Source: Octopus bimaculoides (Eukaryota). From it: a stretch of DNA of 64,000 nt. The notes beneath the pieces were generated by a model, which was not told the DNA's origin, made no database searches, and saw only the letters and a program-made list of their open reading frames with translations. The DNA lies in contig NC_068988.1 in assembly GCF_001194135.2 (NCBI RefSeq), positions 96,436,884-96,500,883 on the forward strand, read 5' to 3'. Below are positions 41,086 to 54,525 of the stretch, one piece after another. Numbering within the stretch: position 1 is the stretch's first letter; each line of letters begins with the position of its first letter. The position numbers and the translations under genes are program-made.

Positions 41086-41341
41086 ATGTAAATAGTTGTT
41101 CATCGTCACGATGGATAATGTTTAGTCATCGTATTTTAATGGTAAATCTATCCAGCAGACGACAGAAATCTAGGGTAACTATATAACGGCTGTACTCAAC
41201 ATTAGTCGTGAGAAGAGGAGAAATGTAATCATCGTTCATTGTCTTTTTCTGATAATGTTTAGTTATCAAACTTTAATGGTAAATCTATCTAGCAGACGAC
41301 AGATATCTAGGGCGTAAATGCAATCGTTGTACTCAATATTA
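41086..41341. repeat. Diverged tandem duplication, ~135-bp period
   Basis: gataatgtttagt.atc...tttaatggtaaatctatc.agcagacgacaga.atctaggg...tgtactcaa.atta occurs twice. Confidence 0.85.
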
Positions 41342-42590
41342 ACCTACAAAACGGCAGAAGCGTTTACGTTTGCCTAAGCATATGGTTCTCTTTTGTACAT
41401 AAAAAGGGGGAATATAAACGTGCTAGCCCACTTTAGTTTATAACTAGTACTTATCGACTCTGAAAGGTTGAAATGTAAAGTCAATAAAAGATTACATGGA
41501 AACATAATGAAATAGACTACAAACTGTATGTTACGTTGATGTTAATGTTCGCTTCTTTACTATCTCGGTCAACCTAATCACTCTACATTTCAGCGAAGTG
41601 GTTCAAAACCGAGGCAGACTTACACAAGAGAAATACTTGATATGCGATATTAAGTTCGTTTAGGCTTACAGAAATTACGTTAGATCATGGCGTAACCTAA
41701 ACCAGTACTTTTTGACCTGGACGTTAACCGCTCCTTGGAGGTGCTATGAGCTCATAAAGAGGAAACACATGCCAAATGGATGCTATAAAGGTGCTGGATG
41801 TTTAAAACAGATTTTTCCTAGAAATATGATATTTAAATCAGGTTTAATACTTATATTTTAAACATATTAAAAAAAAGATTTGTTGGGGGCTAGAATAGGA
41901 GTAAGATATGGTGTTATCAGAGGGTAGAAACATGACTGAAGATGTACCGAAGTCCAATATGATTTCATTATACAAGTCTTGCCTTCTTTTGTAATTTCCA
42001 TAGAAATATATCTTAAGAAGTATTAATCTACGCAAATAACCAAATAGGAGAACATACTCCCTCTCTTTCATACACACAAGCGTGATGCGCACGCGCAGGT
42101 GTGACCTGGTATTGGTAATCATGTCAGCTAATCTGTGAAGAATAGAGGGAAAACCTCCACGAGCTTCCTTGATAGGGAGAGTGATTTGAGGAGAAATCCC
42201 TGTGTCGCACAGATAATGATTCGATCTGTCATCTCCAGGGAACCCGAATTTCAGTTCACAGAAGGTACCCCATTTGTGTCATGACAAACTTCACTATATT
42301 CTATGGTCGCTGTTGATTTAGTTGTGAGAAACAGGTACCAACATCTGAGGGGAAGTTAAAATTATAATAATTTAGCGTTCTATCTCTCAGGTGTATCTCT
42401 CATCTATTTATCCCTCCAAAGTTAAATGCAGGATCAGGAATGAGTTCGAGGTACGTGGCTTTCGAAAAAAGAAAACTTAGAAAATAATTGAGCAATATTG
42501 AAAATGTTTACTGTTTATTCGATTCGTTCATTAATTCCATCCGTCGCTCCGTAATCGAACAAGTCTGGAAGAAGGGAGGAAATAACTAAT

Positions 42591-42807
42591 ATTCTTTTCT
42601 ACTCTAGGCACAAGGCCAGACATTTTTGGGGAGGGGGCCTGTCGATTAGATCGACTCCAGTACGCAACTGGTATCTAATTTATCGTCCCCGAAAGGATAA
42701 AACGTAAAGTCGACCTTGGCGGAATTTGAACTCAGAACGTAAATACTGACGAAATACCGCTAAGCATTTCGCCCGGCGAGCTAACCATTCTGCCAGCTCG
42801 CCGCCTT
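42591..42807 (-). mobile_element. SINE family S1, full length with 14-bp TSD
   Basis: Flanked by aggaaataactaat (42577-42590) and aggaaataattaat (42808-42821). Confidence 0.9.
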
Positions 42808-43495
42808 AGGAAATAATTAATCTTATGAATAAATGTAAAACATATTTTAGAAAGAGGGTGACGATAATGTTTGCATTTGAAATGTGACCAGTTCAGTAAA
42901 AAAAGAAGGAGAGGAAAACTCTATGGGTTCATTCTTGGAAACAAATACAGACCGAAAATCTCCTATAATCTCTTATATATCTGATATACATAACACGCGC
43001 GCGCGCACATGTATATATATGTATGCACATACATATACATAAACATATACATACATATATACATATATATGTACACATATACATACATATATATACATAT
43101 ACATACATGCATAAACTTATACAAACATACATATATATATACATTTATATATATATATANNNNNNNNNNNNNNNNNNNNNNNNNNNNNNNNNNNNNNNNN
43201 NNNNNNNNNNNNNNNNNNNNNNNNNNNNNNNNNNNNNNNNNNNNNNNNNNNNNNNNNNNNNNNNNNNNNNNNNNNNNNNNNNNNNNNNNNNNNNNNNNNN
43301 NNNNNNNNNNNNNNNATATATATGTATGTATGCATGTATATAAACACTTATCACAAATTATCAACACAATATTAATTTAAAGGAACGCCTTTTCTTTCTT
43401 GTATTTTTTTTTTTATTAGGTGCCAGTAAAGTTTGCTATGATCTGGAGGAATTCAAGTTTTACTGCGTGGTCGATTTAATCCCAATATCAGGGAA

Positions 43496-43727
43496 GGTGA
43501 GCTGACAGAATCATTAGTCCGACGCATAAAATGCTTAGTGGCGTTTTTTCCGGCTTCACTTTCTGAGTCCAAATGTTGCCAAAATCAACTTTTGACTTTC
43601 ATTCGTTCGGGAGCGATAAATTAAATACCAGTTAAATACTGGGGTCGATGTAGTCGACTAGTCCCCCACCCTCGAAATTTCAGGTCTTGTGCCTGTATTA
43701 GAAAAGATCATTATTATTATTATTATT
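43496..43727 (+). mobile_element. SINE family S1, diverged copy with (TTA)n tail
   Basis: Reverse complement of the S1 consensus blocks (gataaattaaataccagt..actggggtcgat...ttgtgcct.tattagaaaag) followed by (TTA)n. Confidence 0.75.
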
Positions 43728-44624
43728 GGAGGCGACAAACTGGTAGAATCGCTAGCGTATCCGACGAAATACATATCAACATTTCTTCTGGCTCTTTACA
43801 TTCTATGCCACACGCTTTCCTTTACATACGAGGCATTTCCTTCAGCTTAACTTCCTCGAGAACGACATCCGACTCGGAAAACGTATGTTTATGAACAACT
43901 CTGATTAAATAATAAATAATAAAGATATTTGGAAAAAAAAACACAAAACAAAACAAAACACAAAANNNNNNNNNNNNNNNNNNNNNNNNNNNNNNNNNNN
44001 NNNNNNNNNNNNNNNNNNNNNNNNNNNNNNNNNNNNNNNNNNNNNNNNNNNNNNNNNNNNNNNNNNNNNNNNNNNNNNNNNNNNNNNNNNNNNNNNNNNN
44101 NNNNNNNNNNNNNNNNNNNNNNNNNNNNNNNNNNNNNNNNNNNNNNNNNNNNNNNNNNNNNNNNNNNNNNNNNNNNNNNNNNNNNNNNNNNNNNNNNNNN
44201 NNNNNNNNNNNNNNNNNNNNNNNNNNNNNNNNNNNNNNNNNNNNNNNNNNNNNNNNNNNNNNNNNNNNNNNNNNNNNNNNNNNNNNNNNNNNNNNNNNNN
44301 NNNNNNNNNNNNNNNNNNNNNNNNNNNNNNNNNNNNNNNNNNNNNNNNNNNNNNNNNNNNNNNNNNNNNNNNNNNNNNNNNNNNNNNNNNNNNNNNNNNN
44401 NNNNNNNNNNNNNNNNNNNNNNNNNNNNNNNNNNNNNNNNNNNNNNNNNNNNNNNNNNNNNNNNNNNNNNNNNNNNNNNNNNNNNNNNNNNNNNNNNNNN
44501 NNNNNNNNNNNNNNNNNNNNNNNNNNNNNNNNNNNNNNNNNNNNNNNNNNNNNNNNNNNNATATACACATACACACACACACACAAATACACGTACACAT
44601 ATACCAAGGGTTTTCACACAATTT

Positions 44625-44730
44625 TCGGCTTCGGAATTCACTCATGGGACATTGGTCAGTCCGGGGCTATTGAATAGCACACTTACGCAAGATGCCGCGC
44701 AGTGAGGCCGAACCCGAAACTATGTGGATG
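44625..44730 (-). mobile_element. SINE family S2, head fragment
   Basis: ggtcagtccggggctat...cacttacgcaagatgccgcgcagtg..gccgaaccc. Confidence 0.6.
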
Positions 44731-47349
44731 GAATCATTGATTCAACTAATCCTATAATTATTTTCTTTGCCCCGGGACGATGAAAGTGAAAGTGAACTTC
44801 GGTGAGATTTGAACTTTGGTCGCAAACAGACGCAACTTATTGTCATTAGGAATTTTGTCCAAGCGTTTTGTTATTTGTGTTCCCAGATCAGAAATCTGGT
44901 GGGAAGGGAAAAGCCAAAAACATCGAACTCAGGACTTGGCTGCTGTTTCAATTTATTGGTCGTGAAAGGTTGAGAGGTGCAGTTGACATCCTTGTGATTC
45001 GAACTCAGAACATAAAGAGCCTAAATAAATACCACTAAGTGTCTGTCAATCTAACGGTTCTACCAATATAACAGTCCTAAAAGACAATTATAACACTTTC
45101 GTAATTATCTGGAGAGAAAGCCAATGTCTCATAGAAAACAATAAGTTGAATGGAAGGTCATAACCTGCAAAGGATAACGATTCCAGAGGGGGAGACGGGG
45201 GAGAATGATGGGGGGGGGGGTCGAAAGGGGTTGGATGGAGCCTTAGTGACATTGAATCCTGTTTCGGTCTTGGCCCTTTTTTTTTCTTTGTGGCTGCAAA
45301 TCCGAAATCGTTGCCGCAATACAATCATCTTGACACAAAATGAAATATCAAACAGTAGAATTTAGCCAAATGTTTTAACGCTTCATTTTATTACGATTGA
45401 AAGAGTTGTCACATTGAACAAAGTTTAATAACGACGGCCGAACCGATTAACAAATTTAGGCTTTAGATTCGCGGATTGAAAATTGTTCTTAAACTTCATT
45501 CTTTCATGATGAAGGAAAAGGTTAAAAGTTATTCTGACTGAGAGCATACCATAATTGGAATGACCCTTTACCGATCAACCTCATAACTAGCAAAAAGTTA
45601 TTGGTGGACTGAGAACCTACGAGCGTTCTTTCATTCGTTCTTTCTTTCTTTCTTTAGTAGTAGTAGTAGTAGTAGTAGTAGTAGCTGTTGTCATTGTTTT
45701 GTCGGAAATCAGAGGTCAACAAAATGACCTATGACGAAAGGCAAACCATCCACGACCATCCTGTCTTTTACGACTTAAGCGGCAGCACTTACCAATGCAT
45801 CATGTCGTTCAACTTTCAAGAGATGCGATGTGTTTTGGCCCTTGTTCTGAAAATTTTTAGCTAGTTGAGATGTTGAATCTCTAAGTAGTATCCATGGAGT
45901 GCATCAGAAATACAAGATGAAAATTATCCCCACGCCACCATCCGATGCTAACTTATCCAATTTGACATCGTAAATATTTATAACTAAAGAAATCTTTCAA
46001 AAACCACCCTGTCTGAATTGAAACATAGGACGAGATGAGTTCGAAATACAACGCCGTATAGACGCACGTTTTGGTCTTTATGCAACAATGCATCAACTCG
46101 GTCCCTCAAGAACAATTAAACACATCACCCCCTTACGGCTGTCCGATAGTATTGTTACCTATTTGCTCAAGTTATCTCATGAAAAATATATCTATGATTT
46201 CATAAACATCAAACTCGTAATTTCCTTCATGGTGACGTCGAAAGCCCCTACATGTTTTTCATTGAGAAACGTTCAACTTGCATAAAATCTCATAGCGGCC
46301 ATAAAAACGTTTAAATTCGAAACAGAAAAAACAAACAGAAATAACGTTTTACTTCCTGGAGAGAACGATAAACCTAACTTCAGATTTCCCCGCAACGTAC
46401 AAAAAACCCAAAATACAACAAACAATTGAACTCCCGATAGGTGTTCGGGAATTGAAAAGAATTTCGTCATACAGACAAAATTCGTTAGAATGGTTTGCGT
46501 TGTAACGGAATTTTACTCGTATGATTATATATGAATACATAAATTTGTATATNNNNNNNNNNNNNNNNNNNNNNNNNNNNNNNNNNNNNNNNNNNNNNNN
46601 NNNNNNNNNNNNNNNNNNNNNNNNNNNNNNNNNNNNNNNNNNNNNNNNNNNNNNNNNNNNNNNNNNNNNNNNNNNNNNNNNNNNNNNNNNNNNNNNNNNN
46701 NNNNNNNNNNNNNNNNNNNNNNNNNNNNNNNNNNNNNNNNNNNNNNNNNNNNNNNNNNNNNNNNNNNNNNNNNNNNNNNNNNNNNNNNNNNNNNNNNNNN
46801 NNNNNNNNNNNNNNNNNNNNNNNNNNNNNNNNNNNNNNNNNNNNNNNNNNNNNNNNNNNNNNNNNNNNNNNNNNNNNNNNNNNNNNNNNNNNNNNNNNNN
46901 NNNNNNNNNNNNNNNNNNNNNNNNNNNNNNNNNNNNNNNNNNNNNNNNNNNNNNNNNNNNNNNNNNNNNNNNNNNNNNNNNNNNNNNNNNNNNNNNNNNN
47001 NNNNNNNNNNNNNNNNNNNNNNNNNNNNNNNNNNNNNNNNNNNNNNNNNNNNNNNNNNNNNNNNNNNNNNNNNNNNNNNNNNNNNNNNNNNNNNNNNNNN
47101 NNNNNNNNNNNNNNNNNNNNNNNNNNNNNNNNNNNNNNNNNNNNNNNNNNNNNNNNNNNNNNNNNNNNNNNNNNNNNNNNNNNNNNNNNNNNNNNNNNNN
47201 NNNNNNNNNNNNNNNNNNNNNNNNNNNNNNNNNNNNNNNNNNNNNNNNNNNNNNNNNNNNNNNNNNNNNNNNNNNNNNNNNNNNNNNNNNNNNNNNNNNN
47301 NNNNNNNNNNNNNNNNNNNNNNNNNNNNNNNNNNNNNNNNNNNNNNNNN

Positions 47350-47382
<33 letters not shown>

Positions 47383-47694
47383 CATACATATATTCTTATA
47401 TAAGTGAGCAGGTATTGCAAGCGTAATCCCTGGTTCGGTTCTATATGAATGAACATATAGCAGGATCTACACACTTCTAACATACGATTGTGTTTAACAC
47501 TTCCTTGTGTCAGAAAATATGCAAATATTTTTTGTGTGCGTTAATGTATGTCTCTTTGCACGGACGCGCTTCTGCACGTCTTGTGCATTGACATGAGTAA
47601 TGATGCATCTTCTACGCGCATATTACTACGTGAGCAACGAAATGCAGGCGGCTGGTTTGATGGATCCTTAGAACTTTCAAAATAAGAGAACAAG

Positions 47695-48240
47695 AAACCA
47701 AAAGTGATGTTCTAATCGTTTCTTCTTCATTTCCAGACGTTCTGCATTTAAGATATTCTGCTTAATCGCACAATTTTGATGCTTTCTGCGATGAAGCAAT
47801 TAAGAATACACTTCAGTCTTTGATTCGAGTTCTAGATTTCTTGACGAGAGTGCAAATGGTTAGTTATATATCTGCACCCTGTCCAGTTTTTTTCTCTGTA
47901 AGAGATTAATTGTTATCTATTTACTATGTTCTGCTGTAGCTACATGTTTAGCGTAGTTCTTAGCTTTTTTCACCATGTAGCATTCTCTTAGCTTTTCTCT
48001 GTTTCTCTGTTCGTCTACCATTTCTGCCTTGTATTCGTCGATTTCGTTTATGACATTTTAAAAATTTTCTGTTTCGTTGCTATTTATATTTTTCCGTTAT
48101 TGTTTACGAGATATTTTTTTCGTCCAACAGTTGGCATTTTATGACAGTCTCAACTTATATAAATCTTTTTTCATTCATTTATCCGCGTTAAGCATAATCT
48201 TTCTCTGCCAGACTTTAGATGGTGTACGAAATTTAGCAAT
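47695..48240 (-). mobile_element. Decayed RTE-like LINE, linker between endonuclease and RT
   Basis: About 180 codons in one frame with scattered stops: REKLRECY..KKAKNYAKHVATAE...IYN...NILNAE, resembling the RTE linker pattern Y..AK..AK..VA.A ... LLN.E. Confidence 0.5.
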
Positions 48241-51200
48241 GATTATTGTTGTTGTTTTTTTTGTTTCTCCAGCTAAAATATTAAGTAACTAAAACTTACT
48301 GCTGAGGCAGCTAAAGTACTACTTCGTGTTACCTTATTTTTGCATTTCTTTTTGTTTTATATGTTAATCTAATATGTTTTTTTTAATATTCTTTCCCACC
48401 TTTTTTCATTTGTGGTGGTATATTTTCATGGACAATGAAACAGTAATTGTTTACATGAGTGTAGTATNNNNNNNNNNNNNNNNNNNNNNNNNNNNNNNNN
48501 NNNNNNNNNNNNNNNNNNNNNNNNNNNNNNNNNNNNNNNNNNNNNNNNNNNNNNNNNNNNNNNNNNNNNNNNNNNNNNNNNNNNNNNNNNNNNNNNNNNN
48601 NNNNNNNNNNNNNNNNNNNNNNNNNNNNNNNNNNNNNNNNNNNNNNNNNNNNNNNNNNNNNNNNNNNNNNNNNNNNNNNNNNNNNNNNNNNNNNNNNNNN
48701 NNNNNNNNNNNNNNNNNNNNNNNNNNNNNNNNNNNNNNNNNNNNNNNNNNNNNNNNNNNNNNNNNNNNNNNNNNNNNNNNNNNNNNNNNNNNNNNNNNNN
48801 NNNNNNNNNNNNNNNNNNNNNNNNNNNNNNNNNNNNNNNNNNNNNNNNNNNNNNNNNNNNNNNNTATATATATATATATATATATTATTTAAAAGAGTTC
48901 TAACTCTGTCTGTTTTTTATGTTTTATTTATATTCTTATAAAATTAATGTGGAATATAGAATATATGTATGTATGTATACTTATATACCTTAGAATATCA
49001 AAACTGGTTTTGATAGTCTACTTTTGATATTCTACTTTTGATATTCTACTTCTTTTCGTTCTGTCTAGTAACCACGTAACTGTTGAGCTTTACTAAAGAA
49101 AAGATTTTGTAAAACAAAACAACGTATTTTATTAGTTTTTCTTTTCTAAAAGCGTCGGGTTTTCTTACTTCAATTGTTTCTAAGAAACCAGAGTGGATAT
49201 TTAATCAAGCAAGCCAGCAAAAAATATATGCAACTTAATATTGTTTTTGCTGACTGGTTACATATTTAATATAATGGGTGGTAGACGGGGATGGTGGTAT
49301 CAAATTCCTGCTTGTCTGACCTTTCTGCATTACTCCAATTATACACGAAACGTTTGCTAATGGAACATGGTTTCAATCAAAAATAAGATGAAATGGACAG
49401 ATGTGCAGAACAGGAAGTTGCACCGATGCGAGACTGCTACATGTCTATAAATTGAAATGCACTCAGGAATCGAGGCACTATTGTCTAAAGGTTTCTTGCC
49501 GTTATGTATGTATGTGTGTATGCATGTATGTATGTATATGTATGTATGTATGTATGCATGTATGTATGTATGTATGCATGTATGTATGTATGTATATGTA
49601 TGTATGTATGTATGTATGTATGCATGTATGCATGTATGTATGTATGTATACATATATATATATATATATNNNNNNNNNNNNNNNNNNNNNNNNNNNNNNN
49701 NNNNNNNNNNNNNNNNNNNNNNNNNNNNNNNNNNNNNNNNNNNNNNNNNNNNNNNNNNNNNNNNNNNNNNNNNNNNNNNNNNNNNNNNNNNNNNNNNNNN
49801 NNNNNNNNNNNNNNNNNNNNNNNNNNNNNNNNNNNNNNNNNNNNNNNNNNNNNNNNNNNNNNNNNNNNNNNNNNNNNNNNNNNNNNNNNNNNNNNNNNNN
49901 NNNNNNNNNNNNATATATACATATATACACAGTGTTTCCACAAATAACGAAAAATGAAACTACTCAGGAGCGTGTGTTTCGGTTGTGCTGGTCTCGTAAT
50001 TGCACAGCACTGCCACAGCGTCTGTGGACGAGATAGTGGAATCTTATCGGCCCAGTTGTAGTATGTAAATTGTCAAGAATTGTTGTTATGCTGTTTAGTA
50101 TTAAAATATGCCGGGTGCATTCGGTACGTTTGTGGTTTTGTAACATATAGAAAACATTGTACAGAAATTAGCATTCTGTATCATAATATTTTATTTAGGC
50201 CAAGGATTTCGTATTTGGTCTTATATCAAATTTGATATTTTATAGAATATTCAAAATAATTACATTCATTTTCTCAGTTTACAGAAATGAGGATGGTCAA
50301 GGTGATGAAACCAAAGGTGGAGGTGGTGGGGGTGCTTTGCTTTCTATCATCATAACAAATCCTGAGTCCATCTAGAGTAAATGGAAGTTATGATTCATTA
50401 CAATAAACAGCAGTAGCACACTAGAATTAACGAGTGTTTCATTGGATTACCGTACCGAGTTAAAGGCCGCTCGCAGGAATACTTAGTTTCTATAGAGCAA
50501 CAGGAATAAATATCATGTGTTTCGAGTTACAGATACAAGAGTTATGCTTTCAGATTCGGGAAAGAAATAGCTTAACCCATAAAGCGCTGGGATTTGCACT
50601 TACATAGCGTGGACTGCTGAGCGCATTTTATGAAAATGAGGGCAAGTTTTATACATCATCTGAAAAGTCATTAGTTGAACTATTAATCCTCTTGTATTCT
50701 GGGGGATATCGGAGTGTTTGAGTGACATTAGACCCCACCAACAAACGCCCATAAATTAAATGCATCTACCTGGGCCACGGTCGTGGCCTGTCGACCTGTG
50801 CCTGACTGCCACGATCGTGGCCCGTCGCGCTTTATGTGTCAACATACACATCCACTCACATCCTTTCACAATTCCTCTGGTCATGAGTGCAGGAAACCCC
50901 AACGAAATTTGAATCCAAAATGTAGAGGGACGTAACTAATTCTAATTGTATATTTTACTGGTTTCCCTACCATTTCTGGTAGTCTACCATTCTAATCATA
51001 GTGAAACAACAACAACAACAAGAACAACAACGACAACGACTTATAGAAAGTCAATCAATAGGTTCTTTCTGGTCACATTGCCTGTCTGTTGTATAGCTTC
51101 ACTGTGCTGTTACGCGTAAATGAAACGAAATATTGAATGAAGCAACAATGAATAACAAAAAACAAACAAAAGAAACGGAAACAAACAAAAAAAAAAGACA

Positions 51201-51639
51201 GGATAGAAGTCCCAAAAGTTAGTCTGGAGCTGCAGATAATATTTCTAAGTTGAAGGTAAATGTAAAGGGAATAAAATATTGGTGACATAACCGAATCATA
51301 TTTGGTGACATAGATTCGTCACTGGTAGTATGACACTGTTTTACGAAAACCATACAACAACATGGAAGGGGGACTCAAACACAGACAAATACGAAAACAA
51401 AAGTTTTGTAATAAATAAACAAATAAAAAGTTTGGTAAATGGTGGAATAGTCTGAGAGTCGTCTGAAAAACTGTACCTGAACGTTACGAGTTCGATTACC
51501 GGTGGGGGCAACTTTACCTTGCAAGTTTCCTAGATCGATAAAATATGTATCATTTAAATCTGGAGGATAATCTAATCGATTAAATCTGTCTCTAAGATGT
51601 TCGATCTTGTATCGATATCACAATACGTGAATGAATAAT

Positions 51640-51850
51640 TCTTTCTACAAAAGGTGAAAGGCCTGATATTTCATGGGACAGGTAAATCAATTATATCGAC
51701 GCAAGTGTTTGTCTGATAATTGCTTTATCGACATCAAAAGAACGAAAGGCGAATGTGATCTCGGCGGAATATGAGCACTCGGACTGTCAATCCGGAAGAA
51801 ATATCCCTAAGGATTTTTTCCTGACGCACTAACAAATCTACCAGCTCACG
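51640..51850 (-). mobile_element. SINE family S1, old diverged copy
   Basis: caaaaggtgaaaggcctga...tatcgacgcaagt...tttatcgac.tcaaaagaacgaaaggc...ctcggcggaat...ccagctc. Confidence 0.65.
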
Positions 51851-51861
51851 CCTTTAATGAA

Positions 51862-52081
51862 TAATCTTTTCTACTCTAGGCACAAGGCCCGAAATTTTGG
51901 GGGAAGGGGCCAGTCGATCTAATCGACCCCAGTACGCAACTGGTACTTAATTTATCGACCTCGAAAGGATGAAAGGCAAAGTCGACGTCAGCGGAGTTTG
52001 AACTCAGAACGTAAAGACAGACGAAATACCGCTAAGCATTTCGCCCCCCATCGTGCTACCGTTTCTGCCAGTTCGCCCCTT
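51862..52081 (-). mobile_element. SINE family S1, young copy with perfect 14-bp TSD
   Basis: acgcctttaatgaa at 51848-51861 and 52082-52095. Confidence 0.9.
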
Positions 52082-52628
52082 ACGCCTTTAATGAACAATA
52101 TATATACACACACTGCCATAAGTTATATTTAGTTTCATTTATGTTATTCTATTTGTCTTCGTCTCTTTCTTTATTTTCATGGTGCGAAGAATCAGCAAAC
52201 AATACTGTCGAGCAGGAGGTCAATTTCTGACTGACGACATTTTGTTGCTCGATGAAATAAATATTCGACATAAGCTATTTGACAATTCACCCTTTCACTA
52301 CTCAAAGTTTCTTGTAGGCAAATATGTGGAAAATATCCTAATGCAAAAACAGATAAAAATCACCAACGGTGTTGTTGCTAGTCATGTTTTATATTAACAA
52401 AACAATCAATATTCTAAAATGAGAGATCCTTCCTTCACACTCACTTGAAATGAATGAAAAATAAACAAGAAGAAATCATTGGTTAATGTTTATCTTAACA
52501 TTAATCTGTTCATTTACTCAAGAACTACAAAATGTGTTTCTAACAAAACGAACGATGCATGCACACACGCGTACATTTGTGTGTGTGTTCATTCCGTATA
52601 TATATATATATATATATACATACCCATA

Positions 52629-52674
<46 letters not shown>

Positions 52675-52675
52675 G

Positions 52676-52965
52676 TAGTTTCAGGTTTAAATTCCAAATT
52701 AAATAAATCAATTTTAGAATAATTAATTTAATTTAAATTTGATAACTTTGACCTTCTTCAGCACTATCATTCCATATTTACGAAGAAACATGAATAATTT
52801 TTTTTTTAAATGGCTGTGGACGAATGAGCTGATATTTTAAAAATTATTCAAGTTTCTTTGTAAATATGGAACGATAGTGCTGAGGAAGGTCAAAGTTATC
52901 AAATTTAAATTAAATTAATTATTCTAAAATTGATTTATTTAATTTGAAAGTTAAACCTGAAACTA
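52676..52965. mobile_element. Foldback / MITE-like element: 127-bp inverted arms (6 mismatches), 36-nt spacer, TA at both ends
   Basis: 52676-52802 vs reverse complement of 52839-52965. Confidence 0.8.
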
Positions 52966-54329
52966 TAGTACACTATTTACACGCATTAATTTTTAAAAAC
53001 TTATTCTGTTCGTCTCGCCCGCTGAGAGCTTTTATTCGTATCAAGGTGAATTATACATGTCTCATTAAAGCATCGATGTTCAACATGCACGGAAATCGTA
53101 GCTTCTATCTCCTTCCACACACAAACACACACATACATATGTGTATACATATATATGTGCGGATATGTGTGTCTGTGTGTGTATGTGTCTGCATTTTATA
53201 TGCGTATGTATTGTGTAGAAACACGTTTGTGTGCGTGTGGTTCAGTGAGGGAAACCTTCAAGTGAGAGATTGCCATTCATAACGACGCTATCCAAGATGC
53301 AGGATGTAAACTCTCCCAGTTTAGTTGTAGATTAGATAGCAGAGGCAATCGTTTTAAGACAGCTATCAGCTCATCACACGTGCTTATAACGTAGTCAACC
53401 TCTTGGCTTCAGTTACAGAACCGGCTTTCACTGATATGACACGTTCGGTAAAATGATATTCACTAACTAATAAATAAATAGTTACCACCATCACCACCAT
53501 CACCACCACCACCACTAACAACAACAACAACAACAACAGCAGCCACAACAACATAAATTCAATAATGTTTGTTTAATAGACATGATGATAATAATTTCTT
53601 CTCACTAGGAATTTATTAATGGAGGTAGATACAGTCACTTGATTGAAGCTACTGTTTCCGGCAAGGTCATGTGACCTAGCAGATACAACAGCCATATTTC
53701 ACCCACTGTCTTGATTAGGAAGGATAGAACGGTGTATGTTGTCACTGGAATACAAAAATGAGGGGTGGTCACAACTGGAACGTCTTTAACGACAGATCTG
53801 GTCGTTCAAAATATTTCCAATAGGTTTTTCTTTTTATCTTTTTGTCAGCTGGAAAAGGGCACTGTTCAGGATCCTTTACAAGGGTCTCTGGGAATAGGGG
53901 TTGGAAGCAGAGGAAGACAGCAAGTTTTCCTTAAACCGGAGACCTGACTTGAACGCTTGTGGCAGATATGATTCCACTGAAGGCTCCCCCCCCACCCCAT
54001 AAGGCTTGAGGTGGTGGTGTTAAGTTGGGTCACGGATCAACCCTACTTACCAAGTAAGCCAACACACAACGCACAAAGAGCTGGAACAACCACCGTATGG
54101 TATTTCCTCCGATGCTCTGACTTTTCCGCTAATCCTGCTACCCCATTTATCGACTATGGAAAGAAGAAAGGCTAAGTTTACCCGAGCAAGAGTTGAACTC
54201 AAAACGTAAGAACCAGGAATAAATACTGCAAAATATTTAAGCCAATTATCTGACGAATCTGTCAGGTAAAGGTAAAAGGTACAGGTAACGTTCAGACAAC
54301 TCATAGGACTGATTGGCCTTTGCCAAGGC

Positions 54330-54525
54330 ACATAAACGACTGAGATCACAGTATTCCTCCTGGACAGGACGCCAGTCCAACGCAGGTTGTCTCATAGCCG
54401 AGTGGACTGGTGCAACGTGAAATAAAGTGTTTGGCTCAAGAACAGAACGCAATGGCCGGTGCAGGAATTGAGCCCACGATCTTGCGATCGTAGGTGCAAC
54501 GTTCTATCTCCCTGCGCCACGAGCC
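54330..54525 (-). mobile_element. CORE-type tRNA-derived SINE
   Basis: Minus strand ggctcgtggcgcaggga...gggctcaattcc...ttcttgagccaaacactttatttcacgttgcaccagtccactc. Confidence 0.75.

Noticed and set aside
53849-54055. Segment with a good acceptor and a GTAAG donor
   Set aside because: All three frames contain stops; no support for a coding exon.
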